DNA of 64,000 nt from Clostridia bacterium (GCA_017510245.1 JAFWNQ010000013.1:82720-146719); one strand, 5' to 3'; numbered from the stretch's first letter, positions 29,693-39,552 are shown. Notes: generated from the letters alone by a model not told the origin. A program made the numbers and translations.

Positions 29693-30030
29693 GCATATAA
29701 ATAATATTGAAAAACTATAATATATATTAACACAAAAAAAAGATAATGTCTAGTAAAAATCAAAATTTAGTATTATATTACAAAAAACAACACAAATTAT
29801 TACAAAATGTCATAAAAAAATAACCAGATTGTAACAAACAACCAAAAGACTTGTGACTGTAAGAAAAAAACGACAACTACTAAATTAATACTATTGAATA
29901 AGATATCAATATTTGCTACAATACAATAGTAAATTAAGTCAATTATAGCATAATTGCAAAAACTACGTATACAATATATCTATAAAATTTATGACTTCAG
30001 GAAGGATGTGATTGTATAGAAAAAAAGAAA

Positions 30031-31158
30031 TTGATACTGCTGAGTTTAGGAATTCTGTTTTTTTGCTTAATGAGTGTTTCTGGAATTCTTGCATTGACTA
30101 ATCAAGAAGTTACAGGAATAAGTACAAGTGCTGTAGATATAGAAATAAGAGAATTTAAGCTTAATAGCAATAATCAGGAAGAAGAGTATACCGAAAGTAA
30201 TGGACGTAGAGTACTTGGAGGAGAAACAGTCTCCTTGATACCTAAAATATATAATTTTGGTGAGAATTGCTATATAAGAATAAAAGTCGATTATGTAGAT
30301 GATCAAACAGACTTTAGAAATTATGTTTCTGGCTTTTCTGATAAATGGGATAAATCTGGAGATTACTATTACTACAAGGATGTTGTTAAAAAAAATGACA
30401 TAATTACATTATTTAATACAATCGATATACCAGATGATATAAGAGAAAAATCTGAAAATGGAGTCATAGAGTTAAAGATTTGTGCAGAGGCTATACAAGA
30501 AAAAAACACAGAAATAAAAGAAAATCTATCAGAAAATTGGGAGGGGATTACACCTGCTCAAAGTATTGGAAATGCATATAACCTTGATATAGAAAATAAT
30601 TCAAAAACAGTAATTAGATATGAAAATGATACCAACAAGGATGTTAGTGTTCCAAATAGTTTTCTAAATAGTTTTAGTAGGATAATGCCAGGTGATAGAT
30701 TTAAAGATTCTATTGAAATAAAAAACTCTAGTAAGGAAAACAAAAAATATTATATAAGAACTGATACAAATGAAAATAATACTAAGGAATTAGAACTATT
30801 AGATAAAATAGAACTGATAATAGTAAATCAAGGAGGAAGTATACTCTATAGTGGAAAGCTATTAACTAGCAGCCCAATATTTCTAGGAGAGTATAGTCCA
30901 AATGATGAGGACAAACTAGAATTCTATATTTCAATTCCAAGTGAATTGGAAAATGAGTATTCAATACTTAGTCCAAACCTAAATTTAGTGCTTTCTTCAG
31001 AAGAAGAGAGTCGTATTTGGGAAAGAATAATAAATCCTAAAACAGGGGATTCATTTGATTTAACTATAACAATATTCATTCTTTCTTCAATTAGCTTAAT
31101 TATATTAATGATTATAGCTTGTATTGAAAAAAGAAAAGAGAATATTGATAGTATATAA
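30031..31158 (+). CDS. secreted protein with SipW-type-like N-terminus and C-terminal sortase-type sorting signal (NPKTG + TM + KRKE)
   Basis: C-terminus NPKTGDSFDLTITIFILSSISLIILMIIACIEKRKEN. The N-terminus resembles the neighbouring TasA-like leader. The start is uncertain (TTG 30031, or ATA 30016). Confidence 0.75.
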   Translation: MILLSLGILFFCLMSVSGILALTNQEVTGISTSAVDIEIREFKLNSNNQEEEYTESNGRRVLGGETVSLIPKIYNFGENCYIRIKVDYVDDQTDFRNYVSGFSDKWDKSGDYYYYKDVVKKNDIITLFNTIDIPDDIREKSENGVIELKICAEAIQEKNTEIKENLSENWEGITPAQSIGNAYNLDIENNSKTVIRYENDTNKDVSVPNSFLNSFSRIMPGDRFKDSIEIKNSSKENKKYYIRTDTNENNTKELELLDKIELIIVNQGGSILYSGKLLTSSPIFLGEYSPNDEDKLEFYISIPSELENEYSILSPNLNLVLSSEEESRIWERIINPKTGDSFDLTITIFILSSISLIILMIIACIEKRKENIDSI

Positions 31159-31194
31159 AATTTTAATATTCTTAAAAACGAAAGGAGAAAAGAA

Positions 31195-31797
31195 ATGAAT
31201 AAGAAAAAAACAATTGCAGTTGCTATAGTATTAGCACTAGTATTACTAATAGGAGGAATGTTAGCATTTTTCACAGATACAGATACGGCAACAAACGTAT
31301 TTGTTCTAGGAGATAATATTGAAATATCTTTAAGCGAAACAGATTGGGATCCAGCTGATGCAAATGGAATACATCCTGGAGCAGTAGTTGATAAAAACCC
31401 AGTTATAACAAATGATTCAACAACAACACCAGCTTACGTATTTGCAGAGGTTATTGTACCTTGCTACTCTTCAAATGCAAATACAACAATAGACACACCA
31501 TTATTCTCATTAGATACTATAGGATCAGGATGGAATCTAATGAGCACAAGTTCTATAGATCAAACAAATAAGACAATCACTTATGTTTATAATTATGGAA
31601 CAGCTTCAGGAATGACATCTTTAGCTGCAGAAGCATCTACTCCTGCTGTATTTGCAACAGTAACATTAGATGATGACTTAACTGCTGCACAAAAAGCTAC
31701 AGCAAGTGCTACTACAAATATTGTTGTAAATGCATATGGAATCCAAATAGATAACCTTGGAGTAACAGCACCATCAGCAATTTTTGATTTATTTTAG
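31195..31797 (+). CDS. TasA/camelysin-like SipW-dependent secreted protein
   Basis: The leader ...LLIGGMLAFFTDTDTATNVFVLGDNIEISL matches the SipW-cognate signal class (A-x-F-T-D ... N-x-F). 200 aa. Confidence 0.75.
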   Translation: MNKKKTIAVAIVLALVLLIGGMLAFFTDTDTATNVFVLGDNIEISLSETDWDPADANGIHPGAVVDKNPVITNDSTTTPAYVFAEVIVPCYSSNANTTIDTPLFSLDTIGSGWNLMSTSSIDQTNKTITYVYNYGTASGMTSLAAEASTPAVFATVTLDDDLTAAQKATASATTNIVVNAYGIQIDNLGVTAPSAIFDLF

Positions 31798-31824
31798 TAA
31801 TTAAAACTTCTTAGGTGGTAGTAT

Positions 31825-32325
31825 ATGGATAAAGTATTTAAAGTCATCAAGGCATTATTAAATGCCTTGATGACATTGATTTTAATAATAGGAATAGCTT
31901 TTGTATTATTATATGTAATTGGTATAGAACCATTTGTTGTTGAAACAGGCTCAATGAGGCCTGCTATTTCTGTTGGAAGTTTAAGTTTTATTAATACCCA
32001 CTATAATTATGATAGTATAAAAGTACAAGATGTTGTTGCATTTAAAGTTAGTACAGGAAACCAAGTTGTACATAGAGCTATAAATATAACAGAAGAAGGT
32101 ATTGAAACAAAAGGTGATGCAAATGATAATTCTGATGGAATTTCTACTAATAGAAAGAACTATATGGGAAAACTTGTTTTTTCAATACCAAAAGTTGGGT
32201 TTGCTATAAAGCTTATACAAACACCTAAAGGTAAAATAATACTTGTTACATTCATAATAGTGATACTGTTATCTGGATTTTTACTTGATGATAATAGTAA
32301 AGGAAAAAGATATAAGGAAGAATAA
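31825..32325 (+). CDS. sipW: signal peptidase I, SipW (archaeal/ER) type
   Basis: VVETGSMRPAISVGS, VVHRAI and ETKGDANDNSDG motifs; C-terminal TM. Confidence 0.85.
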   Translation: MDKVFKVIKALLNALMTLILIIGIAFVLLYVIGIEPFVVETGSMRPAISVGSLSFINTHYNYDSIKVQDVVAFKVSTGNQVVHRAINITEEGIETKGDANDNSDGISTNRKNYMGKLVFSIPKVGFAIKLIQTPKGKIILVTFIIVILLSGFLLDDNSKGKRYKEE

Positions 32326-32383
32326 AGAGAAGGAAGCATATAGTGTTTTCTTCTTTATTTATGTTAATTTATATAATAATATA

Positions 32384-32412
32384 TTGTAAATAAGCCATTA
32401 ATATGGTATAAT
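32384..32412 (+). promoter_or_regulatory. promoter of GC-rich module B
   Basis: TTGTAA (32384-32389), 17 nt, TATAAT (32407-32412). Confidence 0.5.
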
Positions 32413-32512
32413 TACAGTATTCTAGAGTTTTTCTAGACTAATCATTTTTCTCCAGTTTACAACTGGTTTATATAGCATAAAAAAACTAATGTTTAGGAGA
32501 AGGGAAAAGTAC

Positions 32513-33019
32513 ATGAAGGTATTACAAATCACAGTAGACTACGAAGAGCACAATGAATGGCTGGATTCAGAACTTGATGGATTTGCAGTTTACGATGAAG
32601 AGTCAAGTCTGATAACTGGTTATATCAGCAGGTTCTCATACTTTTCTTCTATGGAGTCTATTAGCTACATAATTGGTAGCTATGATGAAGAGACTAAAGA
32701 ACTTGAGTTTCTAGAGATTATTGATTGTTGTTCTCGCATGGAAGATGACAACCTTTTTATCTTTGAGGATTCAAGTAAGGAAGGAGTTTGGGGAAACTGT
32801 GACTTGAAGACTAACTACTTCAGTGTACAAGGTAAGGCTAGAACATATGTAAGAGAGACTACACAGAGAAGTGTTAGGGATGTGAGCAGAATTGTCGATC
32901 ATCTTGAAGAAATGATTGACGACAGTGATGTTCTGTTTGCTATCACAGACTATAATCGACACATTCACAAGAAGTTCTCGGGAGTATTTAGGGACTATTT
33001 CGACAATAGTGCTAAATAG
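32513..33019 (+). CDS. 168-aa acidic hypothetical protein (GC-rich module B)
   Basis: ATG 32513 follows AGGAGAAGGGA. No motif I recognise. Composition is clearly richer in G+C than the flanks. Confidence 0.6.
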   Translation: MKVLQITVDYEEHNEWLDSELDGFAVYDEESSLITGYISRFSYFSSMESISYIIGSYDEETKELEFLEIIDCCSRMEDDNLFIFEDSSKEGVWGNCDLKTNYFSVQGKARTYVRETTQRSVRDVSRIVDHLEEMIDDSDVLFAITDYNRHIHKKFSGVFRDYFDNSAK

Positions 33020-33045
33020 ATTATAAGTAAACTATTCTGGCTTTG

Positions 33046-33090
33046 TTGAACCCGTATTAAGTATTTACTTGATACGGGTTCAATTTTTTA
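33046..33090 (+). terminator. intrinsic terminator of module B
   Basis: Perfect 12-bp stem TTGAACCCGTAT / ATACGGGTTCAA followed by a T run. Confidence 0.75.
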
Positions 33091-33117
33091 GAATATATAG
33101 AAAATACTTGCTTTTTA

Positions 33118-33146
33118 TTGACAAATGAGCATTATGATGATATTAT
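33118..33146 (+). promoter_or_regulatory. suf operon promoter
   Basis: TTGACA (33118-33123), 17 nt, TATTAT (33141-33146). Confidence 0.5.
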
Positions 33147-33180
33147 ATAAAATGTTAGATTAATCTAACATTTTATATAA
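33143..33180. promoter_or_regulatory. perfect 38-bp palindrome overlapping the suf -10 box (candidate operator or 5' hairpin)
   Basis: ttatataaaatgttagatt|aatctaacattttatataa. I checked this base by base; all 19 positions pair. Confidence 0.5.
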
Positions 33181-33194
33181 GAAAGGTAATAAAG

Positions 33195-33929
33195 ATGGAA
33201 TTATTAAGTATTAAAGATTTACATGCAAATGTTGGAGAAAAAGAAATTTTAAAAGGTTTAAATTTAAAAATAAATAAAGGTGAAGTTCATGTTATTATGG
33301 GACCTAATGGAGCCGGAAAATCTACTCTTGCAAATATCATATTAAACAATCCTCAATACACAATCATGAAAGGCGATATTGAGTTTGAGGGAGAGAATAT
33401 AAATAATCTAAAAACTGACGAAAGAGCTAAAAAGGGTATTTTTATGTCCTTCCAAACCCCAGAGGAAGTACCAGGTATTTCAGTTACTAACTTTTTAAAA
33501 ACAGCTAAATCATCAACAACAGGAGAGCCTGTAAAAATCTTTAAATTTAAAAAAGAACTTGAAGAAAACATGGAGAAATTGGACATGGATCCTACTTATA
33601 GTACTAGAGACTTGAATGTAGGTTTTTCGGGTGGAGAAAAAAAGAAGAATGAAATTCTTCAAATGCTAACTTTAAACCCAAAACTAGCTATTTTAGATGA
33701 AACTGACTCTGGCCTTGATGTTGATGCAATTAAAATAGTCTCAAAAGGAATAAATATGTATAAAAATAGTGACAATGCAGTTCTTATAATTACACATTCA
33801 ACAAAAATTTTGAAGAAGTTAAATGTTGATAAAGTACATATTTTAGTTGATGGAAAAATAGTAAAGACAGGGGATGGAAGTTTAGCAGAGCAAATAGAAG
33901 AAGAAGGATATGCTAGATATATAAAATAG
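33195..33929 (+). CDS. sufC: Fe-S cluster assembly ATPase SufC
   Basis: GPNGAGKST, FSGGEKKKNE, LAILDETDSGLD. Confidence 0.95.
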   Translation: MELLSIKDLHANVGEKEILKGLNLKINKGEVHVIMGPNGAGKSTLANIILNNPQYTIMKGDIEFEGENINNLKTDERAKKGIFMSFQTPEEVPGISVTNFLKTAKSSTTGEPVKIFKFKKELEENMEKLDMDPTYSTRDLNVGFSGGEKKKNEILQMLTLNPKLAILDETDSGLDVDAIKIVSKGINMYKNSDNAVLIITHSTKILKKLNVDKVHILVDGKIVKTGDGSLAEQIEEEGYARYIK

Positions 33930-33968
33930 TCAATATATAAGTGTAGATAGAGAGGAATAAAGAAAGAG

Positions 33969-35375
33969 TTGAAAACTGATATATCAAAAATTGAAGATAA
34001 GAGAACAAAAAACATATATAATATAAAAAATGAAGATAATTATAGTTATAAAACTATTGGCTTGACCGAAGAAGTTATTAGAGATATCTCAAGTAAAAAG
34101 AAAGAACCAAGTTGGATGCTAGATTTAAGATTAATGGCATTAAAAAAGTTTTATGAGCTAGAAATGCCAACATGGGGACCAGACTTAAGTGAATTGGATA
34201 TGAGCAAAATAGCAACATATGTTAAGCCTAAGACTGAAATGCAAAGAACATGGGATGATGTACCAGATGATATAAAAAGTACTTTTGATGCATTGGGAAT
34301 ACCGGAAGCAGAAAAGACATCATTAGCTGGTGTAGGAGCTCAGTATGACTCAGAAATAGTATATCATAGTATAAAGGAAGACTTAGTAAAACAAGGTGTT
34401 ATATATACAGATTTTGATGAAGCCGTAAAAAAATATCCTGATATAGTAAGGAAATATTTTATGAAGTGTGTGCCAGTAACAGATCATAAATTTGTGGCAT
34501 TACACTATGCGGTATGGTCTGGAGGCTCATTTGTATTTGTACCAAAAGGAATAAATGTTGATATACCACTTCAATCATATTTTAGACTAAATGCACCAGG
34601 AGCAGGACAATTTGAACATACTTTAATAATAGTTGATGAAGGAGCTTCATTACAATTTATTGAAGGATGCTCAGCTCCTAAATATAATGAGATTAATTTA
34701 CATGCAGGGTGTGTTGAATTGTTTGTAAATGATAATGCATTTTTAAGATATTCAACAATAGAAAATTGGTCTAAAAATATGATGAACCTAAATACGAAAA
34801 GAGTCATAGTAGGCAAAAATGGAAAGATAGAATGGGTAACAGGTTCATTTGGATCAAAAATATCAATGCTTTATCCTATGAGCGTATTAAATGGTGAGAA
34901 TGCAAAATGTGAATTTACTGGTATATCATTTGCAGGAGGTGGACAAAACTTAGATACAGGATTAAAAATAGTTCACAATGCTCCACATACCTCATCTGTA
35001 GTGGATTCAAAATCTATTTCAAAAGATGGAGGAATTTGCACATTTAGAAGTAATGTAGTAATTCATCCAAAGGCAGTACATTCTAAACTAACAGTAGACT
35101 GTGAATCACTAATGTTAGATAGCATTTCACGTTCTGATACAATACCAGTTAACACAATAGAAACAGATGATGTTGAATACTCTCATGAAGCAAAAATAGG
35201 AAAAATATCTGATGAAGCTATTTTCTATTTAATGACAAGAGGAATATCTGAAGCAGAAGCAAAAGCTATGATAGTAAGAGGATTTGCGGATCCTATTTCA
35301 AAAGCGCTTCCTCTTGAATATGCTGTAGAGATGAATAATCTAATTAATCTTGAACTTGAAGGTAGCATTGGATAA
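33969..35375 (+). CDS. sufB: Fe-S cluster assembly protein SufB
   Basis: 468 aa. SufB-type beta-helix region (FIEGCSAP, HNAPHTSS..) and position after sufC. Confidence 0.9.
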   Translation: MKTDISKIEDKRTKNIYNIKNEDNYSYKTIGLTEEVIRDISSKKKEPSWMLDLRLMALKKFYELEMPTWGPDLSELDMSKIATYVKPKTEMQRTWDDVPDDIKSTFDALGIPEAEKTSLAGVGAQYDSEIVYHSIKEDLVKQGVIYTDFDEAVKKYPDIVRKYFMKCVPVTDHKFVALHYAVWSGGSFVFVPKGINVDIPLQSYFRLNAPGAGQFEHTLIIVDEGASLQFIEGCSAPKYNEINLHAGCVELFVNDNAFLRYSTIENWSKNMMNLNTKRVIVGKNGKIEWVTGSFGSKISMLYPMSVLNGENAKCEFTGISFAGGGQNLDTGLKIVHNAPHTSSVVDSKSISKDGGICTFRSNVVIHPKAVHSKLTVDCESLMLDSISRSDTIPVNTIETDDVEYSHEAKIGKISDEAIFYLMTRGISEAEAKAMIVRGFADPISKALPLEYAVEMNNLINLELEGSIG

Positions 35376-35420
35376 TTGGGTAATAGCTGATGCTCAATTA
35401 GAATAGAAGGAGAATAATTA

Positions 35421-36473
35421 ATGGAAAAATATATACTTAATCCAACACCAATTAGAACTTCAGTAAATTACAATATAAATGACATAAAATTGGACTTGGA
35501 AATACCTAAATATAAAAGATTTGATAACATTAGTATTTATACAGAAGAATTAGACAAGATAGAAGTAGATATAGAAGAATCATATAGTGGAAAGCTCACG
35601 TCTAAAATTGGACTAGAATATAATAAATACGAAAAAATAGTTATTACAATTCCTAAAAGTATAAAAATAAAAAATCCAATTGTGCTTGATTATTTATTTG
35701 ATGAAGATAATAAATACTTAGTGGATAATGTCGAAATAAATATGGGAGAAAATTCATCAGCAAGTTTTATTATACATTATTGTGACGAGAATAATGTAAA
35801 CCACTACTTTCATCAATTACAACAGACTACTAAATTGCAAAAAAACTCAAATGCTGATATAGTAATAGCTAATTTAATAAATAATACTTCTGATAGTTTC
35901 ATTTCAATAGAAAATGATTTAGAAGAAAATTCAAAATTAAATCATATTTTAATTGAAATGGGAGGAATGCATAAGATTTCTAATTACTATACTTCATTAA
36001 CTGGAGACAGTTCGGAAAATGATTTAAAAAGTATCTATTTAGGAACCGAAAATGATATTATTGACATAAACTATAATATAGAAACAATAGGCAAAAATAC
36101 AAAATGTAATATAGAATCTCAAGGTGCAATTGATGACAATTCAAAAAAGAGTTTTAAAGGAACAATTGACTTTAAAGAAGGGTCTAAAAAAGCAGTTGGA
36201 ATTGAAAATGAGAATTGTATGATTTTATCAAATAAAGCAAAATCAAAGTCTATGCCTGTTTTACTTTGCCATGAAGAAGATGTAAATGGAGAACATGGTG
36301 TTTCATCTGGAAAATTAGATGAAGACAAATTATTCTATATTATGACAAAAGGAATTTCATATGATGATGCAAGAAAACTTATTGTGAAAGCGAATTTCAA
36401 TAATATCATTAATAAAATTACTAATAAGGAATTAAAAAAAGAAATAATTAGTGAAATAGATAAAAAAATATAG
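35421..36473 (+). CDS. sufD: Fe-S cluster assembly protein SufD
   Basis: SufB/D-family C-terminus (..EHGVSSGKLDEDKLFYIMTKGISYDDARKLIV..) and operon position. Confidence 0.8.
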   Translation: MEKYILNPTPIRTSVNYNINDIKLDLEIPKYKRFDNISIYTEELDKIEVDIEESYSGKLTSKIGLEYNKYEKIVITIPKSIKIKNPIVLDYLFDEDNKYLVDNVEINMGENSSASFIIHYCDENNVNHYFHQLQQTTKLQKNSNADIVIANLINNTSDSFISIENDLEENSKLNHILIEMGGMHKISNYYTSLTGDSSENDLKSIYLGTENDIIDINYNIETIGKNTKCNIESQGAIDDNSKKSFKGTIDFKEGSKKAVGIENENCMILSNKAKSKSMPVLLCHEEDVNGEHGVSSGKLDEDKLFYIMTKGISYDDARKLIVKANFNNIINKITNKELKKEIISEIDKKI

Positions 36474-36574
36474 AATTATTAGAATCTATCCAATATATAC
36501 TATAATTAAATCTTGAAATACATTTTTAAATTAGGTAGAAACAGGTTTAATTATTAATAGAAAAAGGAGAAAAA

Positions 36575-37789
36575 ATGAAAGATATAAAGAATGATTTTCC
36601 TATTTTAAATAAAAGCAATATTACTTATTTAGATAGCGGAGCTACAACGCAGAAACCTCAGCAAGTTATTGATGCTATGAATAAGTATTATGAAGAAGAC
36701 AATGCAAATCCTCATAGAGGAGCTTATAAGTTAAGTTTAAGAGCTACTGAAGTATATGAACATGCAAGAGAAGTAGTCTCAAAATTCATAAATGCATCTA
36801 TGCCAGAAGAAATAGTCTTTACAAGAAATACATCTGAAAGCTTAAATTTAATTGCATATTCATATGGATTAAATAATATTCAAGAGGGTGACAAAATAGT
36901 TATTTCTATAATGGAACATCACTCAAATCTAGTTCCTTGGCAATATGTTTCTAAAAAGAAAAATGCTGAACTTGAATATATGTATATTGACGAGAATGGA
37001 ACAATACCTTTAGAAGAAATAAAAAAGAAAATAGTTCCAGGCGTAAAAATAGTTGGAATAGGTCAAGTGTCAAATGTATTAGGAACAATTAATCCAGTTA
37101 AAGAGATAGTTAAAAGAGCGCACGAGGTAGGAGCAATTGCAGTTGTTGATGGAGCTCAAAGTGTTCCACATATGAAAGTTGACGTTCAAGATATAGACGC
37201 AGACTTTTTGGTATTTTCTGGTCATAAAATGCTAGCTCCCCTTGGAATAGGTGTACTTTATGGAAAAAAAGAATTATTAGATAAAATGCCTCCTTTTCTT
37301 TTTGGAGGAGATATGATAGAATACGTGTATGAGCAAGAAACAACATTTGCTCCTGTACCAGCAAAATTTGAAGCAGGTACCCAAAATGTTGAAGGTGCAG
37401 TAGGATTAGAAGCAGCTATTAACTATTTAAATGAAATTGGAATGGAGAATGTACAAAAAATCGAAGAAAATATTATAAAATATGCTTTAGAAGAATTGAC
37501 AAAACTTGATTTTATCACAGTCTATGGACCAAGGGAAATTGAGAAGAAAGCAGGAGTTATTTCTTTTAATGTAAATGGAGTGCATCCTCATGATGTAGCA
37601 AGTGTGCTTGATAATAATAATGTATGCATTAGATCTGGAAATCATTGTGCACAACCATTATTAAAATATATGAACCTAGAGTCAACATGTAGAGCTAGTT
37701 TTTATATTTATAATACAAAGGAGGATGTTGACAAACTTATTGATGCATTAAAAAAGACACATGAAATATTTAAAAGATGGATTCAATAA
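36575..37789 (+). CDS. sufS: cysteine desulfurase SufS
   Basis: Class V aminotransferase; PLP lysine in FSGHKM; active-site Cys in RSGNHCAQP. Confidence 0.9.
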   Translation: MKDIKNDFPILNKSNITYLDSGATTQKPQQVIDAMNKYYEEDNANPHRGAYKLSLRATEVYEHAREVVSKFINASMPEEIVFTRNTSESLNLIAYSYGLNNIQEGDKIVISIMEHHSNLVPWQYVSKKKNAELEYMYIDENGTIPLEEIKKKIVPGVKIVGIGQVSNVLGTINPVKEIVKRAHEVGAIAVVDGAQSVPHMKVDVQDIDADFLVFSGHKMLAPLGIGVLYGKKELLDKMPPFLFGGDMIEYVYEQETTFAPVPAKFEAGTQNVEGAVGLEAAINYLNEIGMENVQKIEENIIKYALEELTKLDFITVYGPREIEKKAGVISFNVNGVHPHDVASVLDNNNVCIRSGNHCAQPLLKYMNLESTCRASFYIYNTKEDVDKLIDALKKTHEIFKRWIQ

Positions 37790-37848
37790 AAAGGAGGTAG
37801 GATTTATTTAAAGCAGTTTTAATGAAGCTTTTTTTAAATCAAATTAAA

Positions 37849-38277
37849 ATGGACAATTTAAATGACATATATACTGATGTAATTATGGAGCACAGTACTG
37901 CAACATATAACAAGCATAAATTAGAATGTGCAACTAATTCAGAACATGGACATAATCCAAGTTGTGGAGATGATATAACAATAGAAATAAAAATGAATGG
38001 AGAAGTAATAGAAGATGTAGCATTTACAGGACATGGATGTGCAATATCTCAAGCATCAACATCAATAATGATAGATTTACTAAAGGGAAAAACTAAAGAA
38101 GAAGCAATAGAATTAATAAATATTTTTTTGAAAATGATGAAAAGAGAGAAAGTTACAGAAGATGAACTAGAGAGAATAGAAGAAGCTAATGCTCTAAAGA
38201 ATATTTCTAATATGCCTGCTAGAATTAAATGCGCTGAATTAGCATGGTATACAATGGAAAGCTTATTAAAAAAATAA
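37849..38277 (+). CDS. sufU: SUF-system Fe-S scaffold / sulfur acceptor SufU
   Basis: Cys ligands in NPSCGD, GHGCAIS and RIKCAEL. The start is placed at ATG 37849 by comparison with typical SufU N-termini (the track start is 37822). Confidence 0.85.
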   Translation: MDNLNDIYTDVIMEHSTATYNKHKLECATNSEHGHNPSCGDDITIEIKMNGEVIEDVAFTGHGCAISQASTSIMIDLLKGKTKEEAIELINIFLKMMKREKVTEDELERIEEANALKNISNMPARIKCAELAWYTMESLLKK

Positions 38278-38292
38278 ATGTAGTTTTAGGGG

Positions 38293-39195
38293 ATGTTCGT
38301 CTTGGAAATAATAGTTGAAAAAAAACTAAATATAAAAAAATTCATAGCTGCCACATTAATATGTATAATATTAATGCTAGTGGCTATTAATTGCGTATAT
38401 GACAACTTTATTTCAAACAAAAATAAAGAAGCAACCATTGGATATGTACAAGAAGTTGAGGCAAAGAAACAGGAGGAATTAAAACAGAAAAAGGAATTAG
38501 AAGAAAAGAAAATTAAAAAATATGATGCTTTGAATAATGATGAAATAGCGAAGATTGAGAATATATATGAACATTCTGAACCCAAAAGAGTCTTTTTAAC
38601 TTTTGATGATGGACCAACAGAAGCAGTTACACCATTTATATTAGATTTACTAAAGAAAGAGAATATTAAGGGAACATTCTTTGTTTTAGGAAGTATGGTT
38701 GAAAACTATCCAGACTTAGTTAAAAGAGAATATGAAGAAGGACATTTTATTGCAAATCATGGATATTCACATAGATATAAGGAAATATATCAAAGCTCCG
38801 ATAGCGTGTTAGATGAGTATAACAGAACTAATGATTTAATTAAAAATGCTATAGGAATACCATACTATAATTCATTAGTTTTTAGATTTCCTGGAGGCTC
38901 AAGTGGAGGATACTATCATGACTTAAAGCAAGAAGCAAAAAACAAATTAAAAGAACAGGGAATTGCTAGTCTTGATTGGAACGCATTAACAAGAGATTCA
39001 GAAGGAGCCACAACTAAAGAAGCAATTATAGAAAACTTTAGTGAAACTGTACAGGACAAGACAAGTGTTGTTCTTTTAATGCATGATGCTTCAGATAAAA
39101 TATTAACATATGAAGCATTACCTGATATTATTACATATTTTAGGAACAATGGATATGTATTTAAAACAGTTTTTGATTTATTTGATAGAGAATAA
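38293..39195 (+). CDS. membrane-anchored polysaccharide (peptidoglycan) deacetylase, NodB family
   Basis: FLTFDDGP, HGYSH, LMHD motifs; N-terminal TM. Confidence 0.85.
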   Translation: MFVLEIIVEKKLNIKKFIAATLICIILMLVAINCVYDNFISNKNKEATIGYVQEVEAKKQEELKQKKELEEKKIKKYDALNNDEIAKIENIYEHSEPKRVFLTFDDGPTEAVTPFILDLLKKENIKGTFFVLGSMVENYPDLVKREYEEGHFIANHGYSHRYKEIYQSSDSVLDEYNRTNDLIKNAIGIPYYNSLVFRFPGGSSGGYYHDLKQEAKNKLKEQGIASLDWNALTRDSEGATTKEAIIENFSETVQDKTSVVLLMHDASDKILTYEALPDIITYFRNNGYVFKTVFDLFDRE

Positions 39196-39200
39196 AAACG

Positions 39201-39239
39201 TGGAAGCCCCTCCCAAAAAGTGCGTGGAAGGGGCTTCCA
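39201..39239. terminator. bidirectional GC-rich hairpin terminator
   Basis: TGGAAGCCCCT pairs with AGGGGCTTCCA. It lies between convergent genes. Confidence 0.7.
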
Positions 39240-39246
39240 TTTGAGA

Positions 39247-39486
39247 TTAATAGAGTAGGTTGTTTACAAACCTACAAAATCGCACCCAGGAACTTTGAAT
39301 GAACCTGGCAATGGGGAAGAACTCTGTTGAGTAATAGTTAGCAGGCCTGATGTAACACCAGTCTCCCCTTGGAAGTTCGTCCTTAGTCCTTTCAATCTTC
39401 CGAGCCTCACCAATGTTATGCATTGCTACACAACAAGAGACGAAGAAATATGCAAAGAAGAGAACGAACAGGATAGTGGAGATCAT
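39247..39486 (-). CDS. 79-aa hypothetical membrane-anchored protein (GC-rich module C)
   Basis: AAAGGAG 8 nt upstream of the ATG; N-terminal hydrophobic helix MISTILFVLFFAYFFVSCCVA. Higher G+C than the flanks. Confidence 0.5.
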   Translation of the reverse strand: MISTILFVLFFAYFFVSCCVAMHNIGEARKIERTKDELPRGDWCYIRPANYYSTEFFPIARFIQSSWVRFCRFVNNLLY

Positions 39487-39552
39487 ATCTCACACTCCTT
39501 TCAACCAGAAGAATAAACTTGTTATTCTACAAACTAACGGATATTAATAATC

